A stretch of 64,000 bases of DNA, from assembly GCA_029953675.1 (NCBI GenBank), contig JAMWBK010000004.1:2914001-2978000 (forward strand), given 5' to 3'. The notes under the pieces were generated by a model. It did not search any database. It was not told where the DNA came from and saw nothing but the letters and a program-made list of their open reading frames with translations. Positions 11,644 to 22,029 of the stretch are shown piece by piece; the stretch's first letter is position 1, and every line of letters begins with the position of its first letter. The DNA comes from Rhodosorus marinus CCMP1338. Its lineage: Eukaryota > Plantae > Rhodophyta. A program made the translations under genes and the position numbers.

Positions 11644-12688
11644 AAAGATTTCCAGCAACAAATCCAAATCGGACGAAATCCTCACACCCAGCAGCTCAAA
11701 AACACAGGAAACCAGCAGAAAACCCACCCCCGTCCGGCGTCGGCTCGGTAGGCCTCGCTAACAACCAAAAAAAATAAAATTCACACGGGAAATTACAACC
11801 GATTACAACCACAAACCCTTGTCTTCAACAAACTCACTCAGATTCATCTTACCCTCCTCCTTCAACCCACACGCACCCCAAAGAGCAACCTTCCCCAACC
11901 TGTTTTTTTCAAAGACAACACTTTTACCCCCCCCCCATTCAACTGAAACGCCATCAATCTACTGGCCCACCCGCCTCCTAACCGATGTCCCCTCTCCCAC
12001 ATCAAATTCATCAAAAATCACAAAAATCACAATACAAAATTCACATCCGTCACTAAAAATCGGGGTTTCGGACTAACACCAGGTCATCCCAACCGTTTTG
12101 AACAACTTGCCCCCTTTCACGATTTCCCTAAAACTATAGATTTTTAAAATCAATTTCCTTATTAACGCTAATATACAATCTAAATCTGGACTGAATACGT
12201 TAAAAAGATCGTCTTTAAGTAATATATATACGATGTAATTTTAAAATACTGTATTTGTAATGAATTAAGTAGAAAATAGTGATGTGGGAGCTGTCCCGAA
12301 GAATAGGGGATTGTACCGGTGATTTGGTTAAGTTTAGGTGGATTGTGCATGAACTTGGGTTTAGCGTTTATTTAGGGTCGAAAATGGGGAAATCCGCTAG
12401 CGGTGTGTGCTCCGTTCAGTAAGAGGTTTCTGGGAAATTTGAGCGTGGGCTGTCGTAAAATTTCCTATAATACAGTATGCTTTTGTATGATTCGCTATTG
12501 GCAAAATCTAATTCTGTTCAAATTACCCATGAATAAGGGCTGTCCCGCCCTTTTTGGATTCACTAACCGGTCACCGTTTTTTGCCCTGTTTTTTGTTGTT
12601 CTCGATCGAACTGGGGCTCATCGTTCAGCAACTACTTGCCGTGGTCGGTTTGGGTCGAAAGCCTCGATGAATCGCAAAGTGTTTGGCA

Positions 12689-13008
12689 ATGAGGCTTACG
12701 TCAAAAGAGAAGGTCTCGAAGTTAACCGGGGTTCAAGTCAAAGACATCGGCGCAGTTGCTGCTGGGTTGACGGGATTCACCACGGAGTTGGCTCTGATAG
12801 CGCCAGGGAGAAAGCGGTTGTATCAAATCCGATGCCCAAGTGATGTGTTCGTTCAGTGGCTAGACGTAGGCTTTACAACCGCTTGCCCCTAGTTATGTTA
12901 GTTAACAATTTTCTGCTCCTAATGCAGACACTGAAGCTTGTGTTGCCCGGCGCTCAACAGTACACGTCTTCCGATAACGTTCCTCGTGCACGTTGGGGAA
13001 CGTCTTGA
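12689..13008 (+). CDS. Small hypothetical protein (~85 aa) with a PH-fold-like C-terminal strand/helix
   Basis: ATG 12689, exon 1 to 12865, intron 12866-12927 (GTAGGC...GTTAAC...ATGCAG), exon 2 to TGA 13008. YQIRCPSDVFVQWLD|TLKLVL resembles the PH terminal helix with its conserved W. Further upstream exons are possible. Confidence 0.5.
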
Positions 13009-15254
13009 CGCGTAAACTCGTTCATTGACGTCGCGTGCATGTAGCTCTCAACAAACATGCGAAGATGAGGAGTTTTCACTCTGTGCATATTGTGCGCAAC
13101 CTGGTAGTCGTCGGAGGGAGAAATGTTGATCTAGCGCCGCGGGAAAGCGTTAGAATTTCTTTCAGATGGGAATCCCAAACCATAGTACTCTGGTTTGTGT
13201 ACTTACAGGCCTTTTTACCCTCTTGCCGTTGACGTATGGTTGAATCAGAAAGTAAAACATCTTAACATCGCTTTCCCGCAAGCCGTTGGCCTGCAGGTAC
13301 TCAGCGAAGTCCGCGTCACGCTTGGTTGCGACATTGGATAGAGCTTTGCGAGTAAGCGGATCTTTTATGTCCGGTATTCTATGTACAAATAGATAAAGCC
13401 CCGTGTCATCTGAAATCCGCATCTGTATTCGGTTCATTGAGGGGTAGGCCGTGACGCAGCTTTTCTCAGCAATTATCCTCACGCATGCAGAAACCGTTCA
13501 TTGGGACAACTCACAACAATCCTTAGCTTCCCGCGTGGGTAATCCGAGAACGCATTGACGGCGGTCTCCAGAATCATTTGATACAAGCTCAGCGTAAAAC
13601 CAAACGCCTTTTCAGCCCAGTGACTACTTCCGAAGACGTAATGTTCAATCTCCTGTAAGCGGATGTACTCAAAACCCAACATCTGTCCGTTTTGAAAACG
13701 AAAATACCCAGTTAGCGTATTCACCGGGCTTTCAAAACGCACGCAATAAGGCAAACATTTCATCTTGAGCAGTACAGACAGAACACTAGCGCTTGCACAC
13801 CTCTCTCGTATTGTGAAAACATACAAACGCGCCGCTCATTCCCCCAAGGCGGAGCTGAAACGCGTACTTCATAAACACTGAGCGGACCATATCATAAAAC
13901 TCCAACTCGTACGATCTGGTGACTCCTCGAGGGTACTGGATTCTGTAGTTGGCAAATTGTTGGTATCTCGCCAGGTGGTATCGCGTAGGAGCAACTGCTC
14001 TGCTCTTTATGTCGAAAAACTCGATTCCCCGAGAACCGTGCCGTTGGCCATCGACTTGTGAACGGATCAGCAACTTTTCAAATCGCGAATAGTTGTGAAA
14101 TGTAGGGTGCTGCACGAAGATGGCACCAAAAACATATGATCCATGTATTAGGACTAGCATGAGCTAGTGGGGTTGACCCATGTCTAAGCTGGTATGCACG
14201 CGTCATCGATTCTCACCGGGAACTCTCCGTTCACGCCCTGCATTTCGCTATTGAGCGAGGCGCCACGTTTTAGGAAGAGCTTGGAGTAGTCCTCGTCCTC
14301 GTAAGTCACCAGTCTCTCAATAATCTCACCAAATTTTGTTAGGACATTCTCAGTTTCCGAGAAGTCCTCTGCTGGATCTACGGAGAACGTTTGGCGAGAT
14401 TTATCTGTTGAGCTTAAAGTTAAAGCGACAGGGCTGTACGTATCTTTCGTGAATCCCCGCGCTTTTCCTTTGAAAGAGCTCAAGCCAGATAGATCTGTTG
14501 GCTTGAAATTCGAGATAACGTGGTATAGAAGTGACATGGCTCGCGTGCTGCTCGATGTTGAAAGCCTGAACTTCACGCTTTCGCCTGCCTCGCCGCCAAC
14601 CTTTTCAAAATGAGGGTCCTTCGACGCGGGTCTGTACTCAGGTATAGAGCCCTGCCGTATACTGTCCGGTTGGGAGATAAATCGCAAATTTGCGTCGAAA
14701 CTGGGCCTGTTTGTCTTTCGGTCAAAATTGGGTACAGCTCCGTCACAGTCCATGACGCGATCCAAGTCCCCTCGCAGGGTAGGTGCGGATGCGTTCTCTT
14801 CAGCAGATGGTCTAATCAGATCAACTGATGGAAGTTCCTTTTCCGTGATTACTCCCCATCCGCGCTCGACGGGAATTGGCTCGCCGGTAGAGTGATATTT
14901 GCTATGAATGATGTCCGCAATAAACATTTTCGCCCGGAAAAGCTTGCGATACTTGAGTACAGGAAACGGTGTCATCCCAATTTTGCTCTTGACGATCTTC
15001 GACTCGGCGTCGTCAACTGGTACAGCCTTGCCCTGCTTTAACCTGCTAAATATGTTATTCAGGAGTGCTCCGGGACTGTCGTTCAGTTTTCTTCCCGAAG
15101 CTGGGACCCTTCCTCCCGTGCGGCCATACCGATCCAACTGGTTCTTCTCCCGCGAAGTTTGTATGTCGAAACCCCGCAGTAAAGTTGAGGCCGTCGGGTC
15201 CTTAGAACTTGTCCTAGCAGCTGCCCTGCGAATTTCACCGGACAGTTTCCGCAT
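12954..15254 (-). CDS. PET127: Pet127-family mitochondrial RNA 5'-processing/degradation nuclease, multi-exon
   Basis: FRLSTSSST; FFDIKSRAVAPTRY; LEFYDMVRSVFMKYAFQLRLGGMSGAFVCFHNTREV followed in the next exon by LGFEYIRLQEIE. These match the fungal Pet127 motifs (FDxKTRA; REYYDMIRSAFLKY..R.G.M.G.FVAYHN..R.FGFQY). Arg/Ser-rich presequence-like start MRKLSGEIRRAAARTSSK at 15254. Last exon after CCT|GTAAGT ends at TGA 12954. Confidence 0.85.
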
Positions 15255-15517
15255 TTGCACCAACTAGCGGGGAGTTTACACGCTTCCCAAGCCACCAAAT
15301 CAATGCTTCCTCCGTTTCGACTCATCAGTGGCCATGCCCATGCAAATCAGATCGTTGCACAATCACTCAGATGTCGCTTCTTTCGAGACAAGAAAAACAC
15401 TCCCTCAATACACCCACGCGGCAAAAAAGGACTCATAAGTTGAGTTCTATGCATCGTATCAACACGTATCCATCACCAGAACACCAACAAAACGTCATCC
15501 TCCTCCTCTCTTGTTAC

Positions 15518-15910
15518 TCAAAACCTTCCGACCCAGTCGCTCCCAAGCCCATTCATCATCAGCTTCAAGCGATCGGGCTTTCGTGTTCTCCTTAGCAGCA
15601 GCACTCGATGGTGTTCGTTCGAGAACTGAGCGAGAACATTCCCATGCTGTGGGTGACTAGGAGAAAACTGCAGCATTGGAATTGAGAGTTCGTGGCTTGG
15701 CTTCTGGTTTTCGCGATCGCTCGCGATCACGATGAGGCGTACTCGCGTTTCCTCTTTTGGATACTGTGGCTTTCTAATGCCCGTTAGTTTTAGAGGCCCG
15801 TTCTCTCGGTTCGGCCTAGCCTTCCTCCTCTCAGAGTTGTTGTCTCTGAATAAACGATGATGACGATGATTGAAATGTGTGTATATACATCTCGAAGCGA
15901 GTCTACCCAT
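15518..15910 (-). CDS. Hypothetical ORF (130 aa), unverified
   Basis: ATG-initiated open frame upstream of PET127 with no recognisable domain. It may instead be UTR or a spliced gene in another frame. Confidence 0.2.
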   Translation of the reverse strand: MGRLASRCIYTHFNHRHHRLFRDNNSERRKARPNRENGPLKLTGIRKPQYPKEETRVRLIVIASDRENQKPSHELSIPMLQFSPSHPQHGNVLAQFSNEHHRVLLLRRTRKPDRLKLMMNGLGSDWVGRF

Positions 15911-16762
15911 AGTAAAGTGATCGAATACGTTTACTCTATAGCGCAGTTTTGTGGACGGAGTACAATCTTTGAACGACAACACTCAGTGGGCGGCATTCCC
16001 AGTAATCAGCGGGGGCGGTTGGGGAGTAGTACCGTTAGTAGTTATCTACGGCGGTGTAGTAAGCCGCGCTCGGTGCACGCTGCTGGCGGGATGTGCCCGG
16101 CTGGCTTTCAAGGTTTTCTCCGGCGCAAATGGGGAAAGCGCTTTTTTTTTTTTTTTTTTTCGTATTCGCAGTCGGTTGACACTTGATCATGCCCGAGAAA
16201 ATGTAGCTTATCATGCGGGTACATTCTGGAAACCCTTTTCTGCGAGAGCGGATTAGTTTGAAGGTTTAGGTATCCGCTTACTTGTGCACGGATGCACAGC
16301 AGATCGAAGAGTTTGGGCCATACAGGTTGCTGTGCGGGTGAGAAGTATGCAAATCGCTCATACGAAATCATCCACGGCCGCGGACTAGTACAAGATGAAC
16401 ATAGTACAAATTGTCAAACCATGTTGAATGCGTAGCAAAAGCGAAAGAGGCTTGCACAGTGACAGCGGCGGATGCCGCTAGAAGAGGCTGACCAGAAGTA
16501 GCTTGAGTATGAGATGTGTGTGGGGGGTTGTGGAATGTAAAACACTAAGACAGGGAGGGACGAACTTTGAGAATTGAGGGGGGGGGTGGGGGAGTTGGCT
16601 CGTTTTGTAGTGCTTGTCCTGTTAGTCGTTTAAGATTTCCTCATTCCACGCAGAATCCAATGGACCTAGAGAAGCAATCAAAACACATCCAGCGGCTTAT
16701 CATAACTGTACAAGTTAATAAAGTATGTTTCACGACGGTATAAGTCTAGTTAGTAGTTGTCT

Positions 16763-17765
16763 CTAGGACGCCATCTCCACGTTTACCGAGTCCCTTGGAG
16801 ACTCGGTCTCTGCACTTCCTCCCGACAGCAGAAACTGAGGAAGGATGTGGTGATTCTTAATCTCCGTCGGCAGTCCGGCAAAAATCGAATTCTCGAGCAT
16901 CTCTACCTGGCGGTTAAACTAAAGCCAGAAAGGAGAACAACAGAAGTTAGCATCTGGCAGCATCAAGGAGTTGGTACAGAGACTGCTAACATACCAATTG
17001 ACGGCCCTCGACCCCTCGAGCAGCAAAATCTTGTACAATCTCTAGCAGGGAATCCTCATCCATGTCTTCATAGCAGCAGAAAACCGTCCTGCACTGAACC
17101 AAATCCGCGTACAGTTTGTGAAGAAGGCCGGTCATTTTCAGATCTGCAACTTGCTCGGGTCTCTCTGCGACGACGACCGCGTTCAAGGTTACCCTCCATT
17201 TTAGGAATGGAGAGTGATTGTCGTACTCATCCATGGCTGGTACTGGCATCAGAAGGTCCCCCAGCATGTCGTCCAAAAGATATGCGGAGCTGAGACACTC
17301 TTGTTCAGCACTGGTTTCCTCCATTTCCATCTTGGTGGACAGTTCCTTCCAAACCGAAGGCGCAAGTTCATCGCGTACCACAGTGCCTTGCGATTCGTCA
17401 AGGTCAATAATATCACTCAAAATTTCCACAATGGACGCTGAAATTTCCGATCTTGAGACGCTCCTCAGGTACCAGTGCAGCTTCTTAGGAATCAAGAGCG
17501 CACAAGCTTCAGCCCCGGTAGCCGTATGCTCTCCCCACCCGCTGTGCCTACCTAGGTTAACAATCTCCCACAGACAAATGTTGTCACGGACTTCCTGCTC
17601 CGACCGGGGAAAGATGTGGAAAGCCATAAAGTTTTTGCAGATGCTCATCTGTCTGGAGCTCGCCAGCCAATCGCTAGCAAACACGAAATGGCAGTCCTTC
17701 TCTGCCATCAATTCTCTTTCCTTATCTTCATATTCGCTTAGTTCCAACATTCTGAACGCAACCAT
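16763..17765 (-). CDS. Uncharacterised acidic protein (~310 aa), 2 exons
   Basis: 259-codon protein-like frame. TTG|GTATGT donor with CTAAC branch and TTTAG acceptor joins in frame to FNRQVEMLENSIFAGLP...EMAS*. Confidence 0.7.
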
Positions 17766-19109
17766 CCAGACTCAAAACGGCTCAACTCTAATCCTCTCGT
17801 GCTATCGCCTCACAACCATGGCATTCCTCCTACCTACGACCCGAGGCGCGCACTAATCCCACAACTTTGACACCGGGTCCCCACATCTATTAACAACCAA
17901 CCCCACTCCAAACGTCAGATCCCGAGCGCAGATTTAAAAGGCTCTCTTTCATCGCCAAATCAGTCCCCAATGTCTACAATTCTGTTGAAAGACGTAAATA
18001 ATTTTACGTTGAAGCCGAAATTGCACTCAAAACAACGCTCGTCCCCTTCATCCATTTATTAACCCCAAAACGCTCTACCACACCCGAAAATTTCGTGTCC
18101 TCCCTCCACCCCGGCCCTCACTCCCCCTCTTAATCCTCCCAACTCTTCTTATGGAATGTGAGTTCCACTTCAAGATCCAAGACGGGAGACGCCCACCGTG
18201 TTTAAAAGGTACACTCACACCAAAACCCGCAGACACTGCAAAATATTTCTTGTAAATCCTACACAGAATATTGTTAGCAATTAAATCCTAAAACCCGCAC
18301 CACAACATAAACCGTCCCCCCACAAAAAAAAGGAAAAAAACCGGAAGGATGCCTTTGATAAAACAAACGTTTTGTAGGGAGTTGTCAAAAAGTATTCGTT
18401 TTTCCATATTTAGAATTCGGGAAAAGTCGTCGACATCCCTTTTACAGCAGTTGAATCAAAACCCCCTCTAACACATACAATTCGATGGCTTTCTTCAGTA
18501 AGAGCGCAACTCTAACCCTCACCTGGAACTCCGCACCCCCCTTCCTTACAACTGCGTCCGCAAATATCCCCTCTTAAAATAATAATTAGTCATCTTGATG
18601 TGAGGGCTATACGTCTCTACTTGAATTTCATTAAATCATACTCGTATTCGCAGACAGGGTCAACCCTGTCTGCACGATAAGCGATGAAAAAGTTTTGAAA
18701 AAATAATATTTGTTCTTCGCGTGCCTACGTGGGTACTTCCAAAAGGGCCAAATAGGCACTATCGTGAGCATGAATATTATCGACGGTTTATCCCCTTTTT
18801 TGTAAAAATATCACTACCAAGTGGCTTGTTCTAGTTCTTGTTGGCAGAAATGTTTCTTATTCTAGATTTTTTGTACTAATAATATGTTGATTATGAACAA
18901 TGGTCTTGATTTATCTCGAGTTATGAGGAGAGTCTGGGCTCTGTTTTTACGTATTTCTTGCCTTCCATGACGGACTTACTTACACAACGTAGAAATATGA
19001 TTAAGTTTTCATGTGTTAGATACTCCATAAGTGCTTCCATAGGAGTGCCATTCTTGACTTTCGTTTTTCATTTTCGTAAAATATTTTGGACGAACTCTCT
19101 CCCGGTTTA

Positions 19110-19351
19110 AAACGTTTGATGTTCTCGACAACTCTTTTATCGTTTGTTTATAGAAACAATTAAACAAAGGTCGTAACCCCAACAATGTGGGCTAGAAAGA
19201 GACAAGTTTTCTTGATGGTCTTGACATGGAAAAGGTTTGATGTTCTCGACAACTCTTTTATCGTTTGTTTATAGAAACAATTAAACAAAGGTCGTAACCC
19301 CAACAATGTGGGCTAGAAAGAGACAAGTTTTCTTGATGGTCTTGACATGGA
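19110..19351. repeat. Direct tandem duplication, 2 x 121 bp
   Basis: 19110-19230 and 19231-19351 are identical except at position 4 (C vs G). Each copy contains the hairpin TTTGTTTA-N10-TAAACAAA. Confidence 0.95.
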
Positions 19352-22029
19352 CTCTGGTCAGGAAGTGAACGAAATTGGAGAAAAGGTTTAGTTAAAGAAA
19401 TATATCTGATTTTGGATTGTAAGCTGACTCCTCCCCTTCTGTGCTTCTGTTTCTTTTTGGGTGGATATCGACATTAACCCCTGTATTATTTCTATTAAAC
19501 AAGTAGGTTGGCGGCAAGGGTCGTGTCCAGTGGAGAAGCGAGTCCTGAGTAGAAACAATGTTTTACATATATACAAGTTTTTATCAGATATATTGAATAT
19601 TGGAAGTGTTTCAATGTTATTAGTTTATAATGGAAGTTACCGTTCCAAAAAAATCAATGTTTCGACAACTAGTTTTCATAAATTAGTATAAATTTAACGC
19701 GTGGTTTAAATTATTTATGTTATATGAATGTGGTGTCAGTCTACCTTGAGTTCGCCTTTTGGCTCGATTTCCAGTGCACAACCTCAATATGACCGAAGCG
19801 CAGACAAACGTTTGGTGTGTCGGGTGGGGTGTGCTGGGGGCCGGGTGTGCTTATCGCTTATGCCGAGAGGAAATCTATGAATGGAGCTGGGATTCTAGAA
19901 CTATGGTTCTCTACACATGGGAGAGTGGAAAAAGCGTCATCGAGAAGTTTGGGGGGGGAGGGGGAAAGAGAGGAAGATGCAAGTTTTTCAGCACCCTTTT
20001 AGTATTTCGAGGGCTGAGCTTCAGTCAACTCCAATGGTGGAGACGATCAGCGCTGGACGTGGTGGCAGGTATCATTGCCTGGGAATGTCCACTTCGAACC
20101 AATTGTGCACTGGACCATGTAAAAGTAGGATTGAACCGTTGAAAACCGAGTGTGTTCGGACAGTGCCGTTTCTCTCTAGGGGGAGTTCAGTTGTACAAGC
20201 TCTTCTTTGGGGGGTGAGGGGGGTGCTCCATACAACAGAAACTCCTCTCTTCCCTGCTCGTCTGAAATAGTTTTATCTCATCTTCCACATACCTACTCAT
20301 TGCACTGATGAGTCATGTAGTATAAACAAGTCCCCGAGTATATTGTTGCCCAGCCCTAGTTTTGCGGGTTCGAACAGAAAACGAAAACAAAAACATAGAG
20401 GGGAGGGTGGTACTCTTGCATCCGCCCATGTTGACGATCGCTTTTATGAACGCTGACACGTTTATGCAGAGCATCCTCTTCCGGGTTCTGACGCGCCGTA
20501 TCCTACGTTTTGATTTACGCCTTCATCAACATCCACCCCCAATGACGATCCCCAGAATAGAAAGTCAAAGCGCAATTCGCTTTTTCGACAGCTCTACCTC
20601 ACACACGGGCAATTCAAGTCCGGCTCTGCTTTAAGACAGTAGGGTTGTCGTTCCTGATCCCCCCCCCCCACCTCTCCACACGCAAAGTTCTGCACGACCT
20701 GACAATCCCAGTCCACAGGCCTGACAGTGGTAAAATTTAGTCAAACCCAGGGTGCATATAACAAATTAAAATTTGCCAGCTGTCTTTGGCAGCTAAGCGA
20801 ACCAATGGTCTACGAGCAACTTTTCGATTGACACAAGCCCAACCCTACAAATGCAAAATGCTGAGGGCGAGGCCATTGCCAAGCAGATCAAATTTGCTTA
20901 ATCAGAACAAGATTTCCTTGTGGTGAAGCCATCCATGGCTGCTAGCTGTGAACTGAGCGGAGATCGAAACCAATAAGTTAGCCCAAGACGCATTACCCAC
21001 AAAGCGCTCCAGGAGACAGCACAGCATTGCCCGGCAAGGGCAATCAACTGAGTTGTGGAACCAACTTGGGGAGACTTGGACTCTTCGCTTGGGCAGCAAC
21101 TCAGCAGTTAGGTGGCACACCGTCACGATCGAACAAGCCCAGATTTTCAATCGTGACGGGGGGAAGAAGGTTCTGTTCTGAAGCACACGCACAGTTGTCG
21201 CAGCCAGAACCAGATCATGATTTGTTTGTGCATAGCCACAGTTGCTACATCTACGCGATAGGAAGCCTCCAGCAATCTCCTTTGCGCTATCGAGCAAGGC
21301 AAAGCAAGGCCTACACATGTCTTACCCCAAGGGTCTGGCGACTCACTGACCAGAGCAGCAACATTGTGGGAGACCTGGCCACGTCCTGCATGAGAAACAG
21401 GGCGGGCCACTAGCAGAGCGACCTCGCCGTCACACCGAAGGTTTCTCAGAAGCGAGGTTCTCCTGTTGAATCTAATGTATTCCAAGCTATTACAAGAATG
21501 TGGAAACTGAAGATTTCAACGATGGACGGCAAGGGCACTATCTACCATGGCGTCCTGATGTTTTGGCAATGCAGACAGACGTAAACTTACATAATTGCTC
21601 CCCGAACCGGAATTTTGCAACCACTTCTCTCGTGGGGTCGTCGTTCAGGGAGGCTTTGATTCGCACTGTGCAACCTGCCACTACGGATTATCCCTCAGGG
21701 ATCACTTCTGGGCTCCTGGTATGGACGATGCGCTTTTCCCTGCCAAGCGGTACGAGTGGTTGTGTGAAACCCGCGCCAATCCTCGATCGCGCTATAGGTG
21801 CGCAAGGATGAGATTCAATGTAGTTTGTCACAGCAGACTGGGAGAATGGAGAGGCCAAGCAGTATTATACGGAACATGCGAAAATGAATATGACCAGAAT
21901 GGATGTGTTGGACGCATGTCTCATATCCAGGCTTGTGGAACTACGCATGCGTATCCTGTTGTTCACTTTTCTCCATAGACATACGGCTAGTTTACCAGTT
22001 CTTCTCTTTGCAGTCAGACAAAATGGATT

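Noticed and set aside
15314-15328. Hammerhead-like core CTGATGAGTCGAAAC on the minus strand
   Set aside because: Stem II would be only G-T-C (no room for a loop), and no G-U-H cleavage strand complementary to the flanking stems I/III exists nearby. Other CTGATGAG hits (~2604, ~5017 minus, ~6342, ~20305) lack a properly placed stem II + GAAA.
16060-16386. RNase P/MRP-like P4 (minus strand ACCGAGCGCGGCTTA pairing with AGTCCGCG)
   Set aside because: The 5' conserved region lacks the essential GGAAAG (reads GTACTAGTC), and an A19 run lies between the halves. Treated as coincidence.
17218-17856. Long shadow ORFs (17218-17856 +, 35731-36276 -, 2753-3187 +, 22893-23240 + and similar)
   Set aside because: They lie antisense to well-supported genes and have no domain signal; expected from codon bias.
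20365-20380. GGTTCGAA T-loop-like motif (tRNA?)
   Set aside because: No acceptor, D or anticodon stems around it.
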